Source: Amphiscolops sp. MND2022 (Eukaryota). Taken from it: 64,000 nt of DNA. Each line of letters begins with the position of its first letter. Within the stretch, counting starts at the first letter, position 1. This document shows positions 50,001 to 59,889 of the stretch, piece by piece. The stretch is from positions 52,950,001 to 53,014,000 of the forward strand of contig OZ076409.1 in assembly GCA_964187785.1 (NCBI GenBank). Reading direction: 5' to 3'. Position numbers and translations under genes: made by a program. The notes beneath the pieces are model-generated. The model had not been told where the DNA came from and searched no databases. It saw only the letters and a list, made by a program, of their open reading frames with translations.

Positions 50001-53000
50001 TTGCACAGAACTTTTGGTCTTCAACTGAGCCGTCAGAAATGGGCCTATCGGAAAATGAAAAACGCAAAAGGACAGATCCACTATTGCTGAAGCCGATCCC
50101 AGGCCCCGACCTCTCTTCCGTCCTTTCTTCTTGGGGGGAAGGGGCGAGAGACAAATTAGCGAGCGTTTTGAGTGAATACGATGACCTGTTCATGAAAAAT
50201 AAATCCGACATAGGACGATGCAAAATTGCGAAACATCGCATAGAGCTAGAGCCGGAGGCTATACCACACAGAGAAGGGGCAAGGCGCATGTCTCCCGACA
50301 AAGCAGCCAAAGCAAACCAAGAAGTGCAGAATTTGTTAGCTCTAGGTTTGATTCAACCCTCTTACTCGCCGTGGGCTAGTGGGATTGTCATGGTGAAAAA
50401 GAAATCAGGCGAGCTTCGCTTTTGCTGTGACTTCCGCCCGCTGAACGATGTAACAGTGAAAGACGCGTTCCCACTGCCCAGGATTGATGAAAGTCTTTCA
50501 AGGATCGCGAATGCAAAAATCTTCACGAGCATCGACTTAGCGTGGGCCTTTTGGCAGATTCCACTGAAGAAACGTGACCGCAGAAAGACCGCGTTCGCGT
50601 GCGAGCTTGGACTGTTCGAATGGCGACGAATGCCCTTTGGGCTTTGCAATGCATCGGCCACATTTCAGCGGTCGATCACGAGAGCTCTTCAGAAGATTCA
50701 ACAACGCCATGGAAGTGTTGTCATGGCATACATTGACGACATAGTAATTGCCACCGAAACAATTGAAGATCATTTGGAGAGGATCAGAGAGGTGTTCGAG
50801 TGTCTCAGAGAGGCAGGTTTCAAGATGCGAGCCGAGAAGTGTGATTTCATGCGCACTGAAACCAAATACCTCGGACGGGTAGTATCAGCCGAAGGCATAA
50901 AACCAGACCCGGCAGCTGTTAGCAAAATCCAAGAATGGATGCCCCCGAGAAATAAAGAAGAACTTCAAAGCTTCCTCGGATTTGCGAACTACTACCGGGA
51001 CTTCATTCCTTTTCACGCTGCTAAGGTGCAACCTATGCAGGAGTTGTTAAGGAAGAACCAACACTTCTACTGGAAAGAAAAACATCAAGAAGCGTTTGAC
51101 TCAGTGAAACAGGCATTAGCCGATGCCACAGCTTTGGCAGCGCCAAACGAAGAAGGACGTTTTGTTTTGGACACAGATGCCAGTGCAGTTGCTATAGCCG
51201 GCATACTGCACCAAGAACAACAATACAATGGGAAAACCATTCTTCGTCCCATCGTTTATGGCAGCAAGTCACTGACTCGAACACAAATGAATTATGGCGC
51301 CCCGAAGCTGGAAATGTATGCAGTATTCTATTTTATCGAGAAGTTTCATTCCTACCTTGCAGGTCGGGAATTCACGCTGCGCGTGGACAACCAGGCTCTC
51401 TCGTGGCTGAAGACATATTCAATGGATCAGGCCATGATTGGACGCTGGATTGCGCGCCTCGACCAATATCACTTCAAGACGATCCACAGACCACGCACGC
51501 AACACCGAAATGCAGACGGTCTTAGCAAAAGGACCAATGACTACGTGCATCGGGAGAAGATTGTGGAAGCTCTACCAGAAGTGAGCAAGGGATTCAGCTT
51601 CATGTCCCAGAAAGACTACGAAGAACTCCCCACTGTGCCATATATTGACAAACACGGAAAATTCATCCGAAACCATCCGGAGCTTCCGCCCGAAGCTCGG
51701 GCACAACTCCCTGTGCTGTACATTTTGAAAAAGTCACCAAAGGAGGATCTAACCCCAGATCAGTCTTTGAGCTCCATACCGTGGTATCCACAGGTGCAAT
51801 GGGAAAACACTCCGACATCAACCGAAAACGACAGACCAAATTGTATCCTTAGTGTAACAACCAAAGTGCCAGCGGCACGTCTCGACACCACCAAACGCGA
51901 CCCAGCGTTGCGTAGATTGCCAATGCAGTGCCAAGAACAAGCTGATGTCCTTATGCTAGTTGGGACTGAGCTTCACGAGCATCAGTCGACAATGCGTGGA
52001 TTGAAGGATCTACATCTAGCTCAAAACAGGGATGTTCATCTTCTAGCGCTGAAGAAGCTCATGAAGAACGAGCCATTGGATGACGCTTTGTTCCCCGAGG
52101 ATGTGCAAGACTTTGCCAAACGATACTTTCATCAGAAAAAAGACCTACTGTTCTTGAACCAAAATGACATTTTATGTGTCAATTACATTCCGCAGCAACG
52201 CGCGATGCACGTACGACCGTGTATGATTGTCATGCCCCAGCTCTACCAGCATGAAATCTTGTACAGAGCGCATGATGAATCAGGACACCAAGGCGTTGGC
52301 AAAGTATTGGCGAGGATACAAGAGCGCCACACTTGGCCAGGCATCAAGCGTGATGTCGTCAATCATATTAAGCATTGCTTAACATGCCAACAGACGAAGC
52401 ATCCCGCTGGGAATCCCTGTTACCCCCTACAGAGTATCAACAGCAGCAATTTTAATGACCTGGTGCAATTTGACCATTTGAAATTGTGCAAGACAACGTC
52501 AGGAAATAATGGATTGCTAGTCATCATCGACCATTTTACCAAGTTTGCAGAGGCAATCCCATGTGCACATGATGAATACGACGCCCAGACGACTGCAAAG
52601 ATCATCCTGAATAAATGGTTCGCGAGACATGGCACTCCTGCCAGGATGCAGTCGGACAATGCCACCAATTTCACTGCCGAAATTGCTCAAGAATTGATGA
52701 AAGCTTCGCAAGTGACCAAGGTAACGTCTACTCCAGCTCATCCGAGAGGCAATGGTTTAGTGGAACGCCAGAACCGAACGTTACTCACCTTGCTCCGAGT
52801 CTACACGTCTCGCAGAATGCTTGACTGGGATGAGCACATAGACGGAGTCTTGGGTGCCTACAATTCGACTAGACATGCAACAACCGGATTTTCCCCGTAT
52901 ATGTTCCAACATGGCGCAGAAAAATCCATTCCGCTCTCGTTTATATACCCAGAATTCGCAGCGCGAGAGTTCGAATCAAAAGAAGAATTTGTAGAGCACC

Positions 53001-55606
53001 TACTTGCCAGACAACAAGAAATCCACGAGCTTGTTCGCCGAAACACTCATCAGGCGCAAATACGACAAAAACAGAAGTTTGACAGGCATTTGAAGGCAAA
53101 AGCTCACGCCGTGGGTGATGCCGTTTGGGTTTTTTGCCACATAATCCCCAAGGGCGGTACCCGCAAACTTCTTCGTGCCTGGCGTGGACCTCACAAGGTC
53201 ACGGATGTGTTACAAGATGGAAGATTGTACGTTTTGGATACAGGTCAAAAGGTTCATTTTGAGCGTCTGAAGAAGCATGTGCCAGCGCCATGGGATTGGG
53301 CAGCACATCAACCCTTCGGGTTAGACCAGAATGTAGCCATCGTCGCAGATCCATACGTGGAAGAAAGCAATGAAGAGATAACGTCAGATATAACACGAGA
53401 CTCATTTCTTCCAGAACAACTGCCGGAGGCATCGTTCGAAATGGAACCAACCGCGCCTGTCCCACCGCGCACGATTCAGACACGTACTCAGTCCGCTCTG
53501 GAACGAGGAATCCCACGTAGACGATTCAGTCACTTTGGATATCCGTCTGAGTCGGAATCTGACAGAGAACCAATGGATCAACCCATTGAAGAACCACAGC
53601 AACCAATGGTTCATCCTGATATTGATGACCTAGAACCGCTGTATTCCGATCAAGAGGAAGTCTTACCTGAACCAGCACCAAGCTTGGTACCTTCACCGTC
53701 AGGAACGTCCGCACCATTGCTTTCGAACCCGGCTTTAACCGATACATTGAGTAATTTTCCACTGTTCAGTTCTCGAGCTGGTAGTTCGGTAGGACTAGAA
53801 CTTGCCGAGGAAGCCGAACCCCAAGAAGGAACTGACAGAGAAATTCAAGAACCCGGTCAAAGCATGGAAACGTTACCCTCATCAGGGAGAACTGCAACTA
53901 GAAGAGGCAGACCAAGAGGCAGACCTCCAGGTCGTAGAAGAGGAAGTACCACTTCATCAAGCAGAACACTTACAAGAGCGCACAGACCTTACACGCGAGC
54001 GAGAGGCCGAGTAAGAGCCAGAGCTCAGTCTCACACTTTGGAACGTGCAATGACATTACCCAACATAGCGGAAAGCATATCGCCAGAGCAACGAAAAGCG
54101 GAGCAACCAACCCCTTCACAAGCCCCACCTTATCAGCTACGACGTAACAGAACACCACGATACAGGTGTGGAACCTGTGGTTCCCGCAACTGTAGTTGCG
54201 TCAACCTAGTTGAAGTGAAAACACCGGACAAGCGATTGGCCCGGGGAGTGGACGCTCCTGCTCTTGACTTAGCCGACACCGAAATATTCGAAGACCATAT
54301 ACAACATACGATCAGGTCCATACACGCAAAGGACCAGGATGTTCCACAAGTACATCATGTTGTAATTTCAATAGAAAAGACGTACTCGAGCATTGGACCA
54401 GGTGTGGTCCCACCCCTGGAAACCACACTAAGAGCCATGCAAGGAACACCGCCCTCAGACTGTCCCACCTATCGGTTCAAGGAGTGGACGTGGCACGACA
54501 AGAGCGGATTAGAGTTTACGTTGGCCGCTATTATTCCCCCGCTCCCACCATCGATGGTGTTTGGAAAAATAGAGCCAGAAGACACGAAAGTAGCAATGGT
54601 ACGCTGTATCACCGCGCAAAAGCTATGGCAACAATACGGTGTGACCTCCCCCCCTGGAGATGTGTATCACCCTACGGCTGGTTGGTGGCTATTAGTCACC
54701 TCCTTGGACGAAACATCACCAGTGAACCCAGGAACGCTATTGATTTGTCTAGAGAACTTGCGTACACTTGTAGAGTTCGAGGACACACTTTGTTTTCATC
54801 TAGCAGATATCTATCGCGGGAAATTCCTTAGTCAACATTGGTTACAGCTACTAGCTATCACTTTCTGTCGCCAAGCCAAAATACGCCTGCTGGACAAACA
54901 CACGTATACGTTTGAGAACCCAGTGACCGTGCTAGAAGCACTCTCCGTAGTTCATGATTGGTCTTGCACGAATTTGGGAGACAGGCCTTTGCGCAGAACA
55001 GTGTGGCAAGACCGTAAAGCCATTCTAGATCATCTCAAACCAAGTCAAGATAATCAAAGCACCGTCACGGGAAAACTGTTGACAACGCACCCGAAAGTCA
55101 AGCCGAACTATCTACCATGGATATCTTACGATGAAACCGATATACTGCAAGCACGTGGTACCGTGGTGATATGCTGTCCGGCTGATCTTCTGTCATACTC
55201 AGCAATGGCGCGTTACGTCATCAGGGAATATGGCCAAGAAGAGATTTTCAAACTACGACCAGCCGTAGGAAAAGCCATACACCTCGCCAAATCACCAGAT
55301 GCGCCATGGAATAACGACATGTTTCTACTATTCACAAGAGCCTCCAACAAACATCCCATGTTACATGATGTGCTACATCTGTGCCTGACAGATCTGGTGC
55401 AGAAGCTAGCCCAAGCTCAAATTACCCGAGTTCACCTTCCTATCTATGATCCTGAAAGGTCAATCAACATACTACCAGCTTGGTATTCAATGTTGAGAGA
55501 TCACTTCATTGACTCAGACGTTGACATAGTTCTCCATGACAGGGTGTATGTGTCGATTGCATCAGTCAAAGCACACCCTAGCCACGTAAAGCACAAGCTT
55601 GATTGA
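47063..55606 (+). CDS. Gag-Pol polyprotein: coiled coil, capsid, CCHC knuckle, pseudo-protease, protease, dUTPase-like relic, RT, RNase H, integrase, AT-hooks, tandem macrodomain-like tail
   Basis: CVNCGDPSHFVADC; IDTGS..LLGRNFL; MPFGLCNA..YIDD (50729); DTDAS..E..DNQAL..ADGLSK; HDESGH..CLTC; IIDHFTKF..SDNA..GLVERQN; WRGPHKV. Confidence 0.97.
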   Translation: MGRSMAQLKQVQAELSQENSDHAHRAEVLMKEVEELRRGVLEMKMEGHINQGKMETSMASVKGLTEKLISEMTAIMAQRDHQADERLTLISETMHRRDIDVDKRMVDLMTTVQELTLGVKAVVATVPSRPSPVPVALNPANVPSTNESSIQQPTNREVVQRQSRTKPDQRNLNPETVEEAAKGNTPNTIHGQALAEAITGAMSKSLEPLLAAKEAKNIPTKYRGTRDGIIDGWLMLMKRYLEKAHARDTPLDRAWTIVEFLENEAQDYIMNKSEAERDTDEKVFALLARRFGTGSSKFQKQQQFRTRNQSDNEDYMQYLDALEGLRSQGFPNEDVTVRRYEIMQRFIEGVRSFELKRNLALMYAQEQYVDTPPTVEALRFTVQQYLHMRGPIRSENYPAPQQHQEPLLASHQNPIPAAAPQAPNGQLPPQPVAVRQQPPKPSGACVNCGDPSHFVADCTLKDRARKPVPQLVTSCRTNPTGEWSCPSNSQGMNNDVVPVALPAQAPPTLRVTFDCTGNTASECMVPGNAATEEQVKAAWYAPVANSADIIDTDDQIRVISISEEGGPSRPVVVTCGEKQILTTLEAPAPDCTETLISIHLLLSAEQKARPNLTLVQLKEELCRNTSLTMASRPLPHFTRDDETKLAQIHKVKTIAPVPIAITVDGVDMKFDAIVVLEGHFPQGLYLGRQELRYYNIGVQDAQGEAQIDEQASLVVAFGTTLQKPIPLFGMIDTGSGVSILSLSAYKKIAPQHELNLSPYDLELFAANGKTITTVGIAEDVSFQLGGHTLKTNFVVIADHIGSEDFLLGRNFLRTYNVLVDLAAMKITIRDPETPRIFKAVHEVSDQEPSFVVSAEEVTLGPFEQKVVRAKIITQQPNEFHFRNVMVHPCSIRSNSLFDSEDTLTSVGEDGVVFLALRNQTAKEGVRIKEQTVVGKAVLTNFVFNSVPIQDSREASKLSAEFVNQVHRDLDLDTSSEFSSFAQNFWSSTEPSEMGLSENEKRKRTDPLLLKPIPGPDLSSVLSSWGEGARDKLASVLSEYDDLFMKNKSDIGRCKIAKHRIELEPEAIPHREGARRMSPDKAAKANQEVQNLLALGLIQPSYSPWASGIVMVKKKSGELRFCCDFRPLNDVTVKDAFPLPRIDESLSRIANAKIFTSIDLAWAFWQIPLKKRDRRKTAFACELGLFEWRRMPFGLCNASATFQRSITRALQKIQQRHGSVVMAYIDDIVIATETIEDHLERIREVFECLREAGFKMRAEKCDFMRTETKYLGRVVSAEGIKPDPAAVSKIQEWMPPRNKEELQSFLGFANYYRDFIPFHAAKVQPMQELLRKNQHFYWKEKHQEAFDSVKQALADATALAAPNEEGRFVLDTDASAVAIAGILHQEQQYNGKTILRPIVYGSKSLTRTQMNYGAPKLEMYAVFYFIEKFHSYLAGREFTLRVDNQALSWLKTYSMDQAMIGRWIARLDQYHFKTIHRPRTQHRNADGLSKRTNDYVHREKIVEALPEVSKGFSFMSQKDYEELPTVPYIDKHGKFIRNHPELPPEARAQLPVLYILKKSPKEDLTPDQSLSSIPWYPQVQWENTPTSTENDRPNCILSVTTKVPAARLDTTKRDPALRRLPMQCQEQADVLMLVGTELHEHQSTMRGLKDLHLAQNRDVHLLALKKLMKNEPLDDALFPEDVQDFAKRYFHQKKDLLFLNQNDILCVNYIPQQRAMHVRPCMIVMPQLYQHEILYRAHDESGHQGVGKVLARIQERHTWPGIKRDVVNHIKHCLTCQQTKHPAGNPCYPLQSINSSNFNDLVQFDHLKLCKTTSGNNGLLVIIDHFTKFAEAIPCAHDEYDAQTTAKIILNKWFARHGTPARMQSDNATNFTAEIAQELMKASQVTKVTSTPAHPRGNGLVERQNRTLLTLLRVYTSRRMLDWDEHIDGVLGAYNSTRHATTGFSPYMFQHGAEKSIPLSFIYPEFAAREFESKEEFVEHLLARQQEIHELVRRNTHQAQIRQKQKFDRHLKAKAHAVGDAVWVFCHIIPKGGTRKLLRAWRGPHKVTDVLQDGRLYVLDTGQKVHFERLKKHVPAPWDWAAHQPFGLDQNVAIVADPYVEESNEEITSDITRDSFLPEQLPEASFEMEPTAPVPPRTIQTRTQSALERGIPRRRFSHFGYPSESESDREPMDQPIEEPQQPMVHPDIDDLEPLYSDQEEVLPEPAPSLVPSPSGTSAPLLSNPALTDTLSNFPLFSSRAGSSVGLELAEEAEPQEGTDREIQEPGQSMETLPSSGRTATRRGRPRGRPPGRRRGSTTSSSRTLTRAHRPYTRARGRVRARAQSHTLERAMTLPNIAESISPEQRKAEQPTPSQAPPYQLRRNRTPRYRCGTCGSRNCSCVNLVEVKTPDKRLARGVDAPALDLADTEIFEDHIQHTIRSIHAKDQDVPQVHHVVISIEKTYSSIGPGVVPPLETTLRAMQGTPPSDCPTYRFKEWTWHDKSGLEFTLAAIIPPLPPSMVFGKIEPEDTKVAMVRCITAQKLWQQYGVTSPPGDVYHPTAGWWLLVTSLDETSPVNPGTLLICLENLRTLVEFEDTLCFHLADIYRGKFLSQHWLQLLAITFCRQAKIRLLDKHTYTFENPVTVLEALSVVHDWSCTNLGDRPLRRTVWQDRKAILDHLKPSQDNQSTVTGKLLTTHPKVKPNYLPWISYDETDILQARGTVVICCPADLLSYSAMARYVIREYGQEEIFKLRPAVGKAIHLAKSPDAPWNNDMFLLFTRASNKHPMLHDVLHLCLTDLVQKLAQAQITRVHLPIYDPERSINILPAWYSMLRDHFIDSDVDIVLHDRVYVSIASVKAHPSHVKHKLD

Positions 55607-56840
55607 AAGCCTGTAGCACTCAGAAATAGCCATTCGAAAGGCCACTTGCCTTCTTTTAAACTTATGTGTCGTTTTAACTAATTGGCGAACTGGTTCTTAA
55701 TACGGATTGTTTTACTATCTGTCTCGTCTGTGTCTGATCATATTCTATTTCGCTCCAATTCAAAAAAGGTCTTAATCTACAACTGCTGCTTGTTTTACAG
55801 TTGTGTCCTATTTCGCTGAACCTGCGCGGTATCAGATCATAAATCCCAGTTACATCCCCGCAACTTCCTCAGATTATACCCTAGGTGCTACACACCAACG
55901 CAGTATGCTATCATTTCTTGTTTGTACACAGTGCATTAATCTTTCACTTGGATGAGAGAGCGGTCCGAGCAATGTGGATTCAACTGACAGCGACAAGAAA
56001 TCAACATAATTGTCCGGAGATCACCGTCGACCAACTGCTGTTATCAACTATGGAATGGTGAGACCGTACATGATAAGAGACGAATATGTGATCAATTTCA
56101 AACCACCAGCCTCCAAACATTTGACTCAGCCTGTGATTTGTGCGAAGCACCCCATACGGAACCGGTTCCAGATACAATCACGTATTTGTCGTCTGAATAG
56201 TGTTATACATTCAAGCCACATGGTTTTTGACTTCAGAAATGCTTGTTCTGCCAGACTTTTATACACTTGAATGGACGATGAGTGAACTCTTGGAACTCAA
56301 GTTGAGCACAGTGCCTGAAATGGATCCCAAACAAACATGAGAACACAATGGACTGAATGGACTCTCACGTGGTGATTTTCTTTGGCGTGTTACATGTTGT
56401 GTTTCTATATTGGAGCTATTTATTTGGCATCGCACCCGATTCAAGTGCTCTTGTGCATTCTGTAATACCCTACCTGGTAGGTGGGTCCTAACTTGGTGCC
56501 TCCCTGCCCAAAAACAAAAAAAATTTGCAATTGAAATTCCTGCAACTATGCTTTCTTGCAATTCTTGGAATGCCGCGTACATTACCACCCTTAAAAGAAG
56601 TTTTAACTAGATTGAAACGAGTGGAAAGAGTTTTCTTTTAGAGAAAATGTTTTTCATCCTCTAGAATGTTGAAAAAGTGCTAAATTCAAAAGATGAAAAA
56701 GTGCTAATGTCAAAAAAAAGTGCTGTAAAAATGATGCAGAAATTTGGAGCAGTAAAACAAAAAATGAAATAATGTTGCTAAAAGACCCGCTGGGTATGTA
56801 TCATTCTCTCTCGTTTGCCGAGGACAACAAACTACGGCCC

Positions 56841-56848
56841 GGGGAGGA
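56841..56848 (+). promoter_or_regulatory. Polypurine tract
   Basis: ggggagga directly before the 3' LTR. Confidence 0.8.
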
Positions 56849-57559
56849 TGTAACGTCCACCAGTCAAGGTCAAAAATTTCAAAAATTCGAAGAATACCCA
56901 AAAAGTGTGCGAATCAAAATGGCCAACCTAGCAGGTCGTTGAAATCGAAAAGGAAGCACACACAACGCAAAAAGACCCCCCCAGACCACAGAGAAGACCG
57001 AAAAGCAGCGAAAGAAGATATTCAGAAGCAGAAACTAGCCAATACCCCAGTGTTGTGCCATCAAAACCGGAAAATCGCAAGAATGAGCCGGAAAAGAGAT
57101 GAAGAAGAAGGCGCGATTTTTGCGTGAGTTGAACCCAAAGCTCAAAACTCGCTGAGAACTGTTCAGAATGCCTCCCCAGTGCTGTTTTGTAGTATTTTGG
57201 CAGATTTTCAGGTGTTTGTTAATGGTAAACCTGGAAGGTGTTGATTTTAGACGTTATTCACTTAATTGAGATGTGCTCTGACTAAACCCCTGTTTTCAGA
57301 CCTCGGAGGTATGTAGGATCGCAGGAAGCCTTTAGGACCGTTTTTACGTGCTTGTGGGACGTGTCCGGACTTTGAGTGTGCCGGCACGTCGCCACGGAGC
57401 TCTAATATGAGGAGTCTCCTCGGCGTCTTGGAAAAGTCCCTACAGAGACCATTTGGGACCAAAAACTAATGTTTAGGTTGTTGTAAGACACTGGTCTCTT
57501 GTTAAGGCAACCTGGGCATTGTCCCGGTTCTGGAATGTAGCTGTTAGCTTGACGTTACA
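56849..57559 (+). repeat. 3' LTR (711 bp)
   Basis: Near-identical to 42515-43225. Confidence 0.97.
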
Positions 57560-58413
57560 ACAAGATCTAATAAAACATCGGACATAACATAACAATTTGG
57601 ACTTAGCGCTTTCTCCATCGAAATATACTTTATCTGAAAATGATATAAATCAATTCACTTTGAAGGTTCAGAACTTTGACGTTTGTTCGTTGTGAACTCC
57701 CTCACGGGAGACTATTTGCTGAAAAACAATTTCAAAAAAGTTGTACAATAAAAAACTTCGAAGGATCACCTCACAGGCTAATAATTGTGCTTTCTCTATC
57801 TGAAAAATCAAAAAATTGAATGCTAGACCATTCAATGACTTTTTTGCCATAAAAGGTACCTTTTATCGTTGCGCACTATCGAAAAAACCCAAGCGCAGCG
57901 GCAATGCGATTTTTTCCGTATATTGATACGAGACGTCTTCAGAATAAAATCGAACACTTTGAAATTTCAGACCTTCGAAAAAGAAAAAGTAGTGGAGTAA
58001 TCTCAACTAAAAAACGTTGCACAGTGCCAAAAAAGGGGGACTTTTTGGTTTTCTTTCTACCTTTGCAGGAACGAAAAGTATTGTCCTGCGCAGGATTCGA
58101 GCCCTTTCGGACTCCTGCTTCCCAGGCACCGGCCGTTTGTGCAAGGCAACCGCGGTAACCACCAAGCGAAAAGATTTTTTCTTTCTACATCCTCAAAGTC
58201 TTGACGAAAAGTATGTATGAATAAATTATTCCAGCCATTAGGAAGCAATAGTTCATTTTTCGCATTGTTAACACCAAATCAGAGCTGGTAATTTTTAAGT
58301 TCGCAAATTCGTGGAGCCTCCGGACAAATACGTTGACGCATATTGCAACCATATAACAATATAGTGCCTTGTGAATTAGGTAAATTTGGTGGTAAAATGT
58401 ATCAAATAGGTAC

Positions 58414-58529
58414 CGGGAGAAGTAATTATCGTTCCTCTGAAGGACTTCTTTCTGGGATGCTAGCACACTCTGTTCCAATTTCTTCACCTGACTCGAAAGA
58501 TTCATCACGCTTGATTGTCCTGTCTCCAA
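58414..58529 (-). CDS. Putative internal exon of the coiled-coil host gene (LETGQSSVMNLSSQVKKLEQSVLASQKEVLQRNDNYFS)
   Basis: Acceptor ctttcattttAG, donor GTacct, 116 nt (phase 0 to 2). Confidence 0.6.
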
Positions 58530-58897
58530 CTAAAATGAAAGAAGTTTATGTCGAAGAATTGGAAAGAGCTGATGACTGACGAAGATTCGATGTTACGTCA
58601 ATTTGGAAAACTTTATTAAGTTTATCGGGCAAAGCTATCAAAATTTCTGCTACAACACTCGAATTAAAAAACAGCTACTTACAGTCCTAATCTTTTCATA
58701 ATAAAACCTGAAAAACCTCTGAAATTATTGATCAGTTGTAAACAACAGAAAGTGATAGCTAGTTCTTTTTGGAAGTCAATAAATTGTGATTTTTCTAACA
58801 TAAATGCACACTAGTCTTAGGAACTTTCTCCTCAAAAAATCAATCTTGACTTACTACTATTGAATTCCACTACTGATAAAGTTACGCAATATCCGAA

Positions 58898-59148
58898 AGA
58901 CATTAGTTTCCCGCATCGCAAGTAAACAGTATTTTGCAAACCAATGCTCGGAAACATATATAACCTTGTCAAGATCTTTCGTAGATTTTATTCAGCGTTC
59001 TATGTTCCATGGTTTGCAATAATCCTGACCAAGGCACCATGGTGTACCATGGTTGAACAAGATTCACCAAGATTCTGGCAAGCATTCTATGTTTCCGAGC
59101 ATTGGTTTGCAAAATACTGTTTACTTGCGATGCGAGAAACTATTGTCT
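58898..59148. mobile_element. Short MITE with ~60-bp TIRs
   Basis: cgcatcgcaagtaaacagtattttgcaaaccaatgctcggaaacata and its exact inverse. Confidence 0.8.
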
Positions 59149-59167
59149 AAAATATTGATCTAAAACT

Positions 59168-59263
59168 AAAATCCACACAAGATATTGATAACATTGTTAC
59201 AATACGAACTATAATATTATAGTTCGTATTATAACAATGTTATCAATATCTTGTGTGGATTTT
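59168..59263. repeat. Spacerless palindrome, 96 bp, centre aatatt
   Basis: 48-bp arms, one mismatch. Confidence 0.92.
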
Positions 59264-59889
59264 GTGTTCAAAATCTATTTGATGAAGCGTTCAATGTTTC
59301 GTCACTATAATGATTGAGGACGGAAAATTCTCCGGTTCTTTGCTTGTACAAAACGCATTTTTGGAATCGTGAAATTTTCCGTCCTATCTCATTCTAGCGA
59401 CAACGTATGTTCTGAGCTTCAGCGTTGCCAGCCAATACGGTAGAAAATGCGCAAAAAGATTAAAAAGTTGAAAATTTGACACTTTTTGACAATTATGGGC
59501 ACTTTTGAGCATAAATTGAAACACGGCAAAAGTTTGAAAAGACGCGTCTGAGAGATAGTTTAAGAATTTCCCATTGCCATTTGGAAGATTGATCGAAAAG
59601 TAAAAACATCAAGTGTAGCACTTGTTGTGCGGTTGATACTGATTTGACCTTTGCAAAGTTTTGGTGTAAATGAGCAGATCAAAAATTTTGTTCACAAACA
59701 AACACCTTTTTTTAATGTATAGCTTTAGAATACAACATGGCACAGTCAGCTGATTGTGATATTGGTAACTCTTATTACGTTTTATCGACACAAAGTAATT
59801 ACCAACCGACAATTTAGAAACCGGCGGAAATCCGACCTAAAACCGATACTTATACCGAGACCATGGCGAGCGAGATTCCGGCAATTCAC

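Larger units (their letters stand above)
42515..57559 (+). mobile_element. Full-length, young, 15.0-kb Ty3/Gypsy LTR retrotransposon
   Basis: Two 711-bp LTRs, PBS, PPT and domain order Gag-PR-RT-RH-INT. Confidence 0.98.

Noticed and set aside
46180..54831. Many antisense or alternate-frame ORFs in the large Gypsy (also 8953, 10798, 19481)
   Set aside because: Shadow ORFs of long coding sequence with no independent motifs.
56010..56610. env gene
   Set aside because: Only short ORFs; no signal peptide, furin site or clear TM anchor in one frame.
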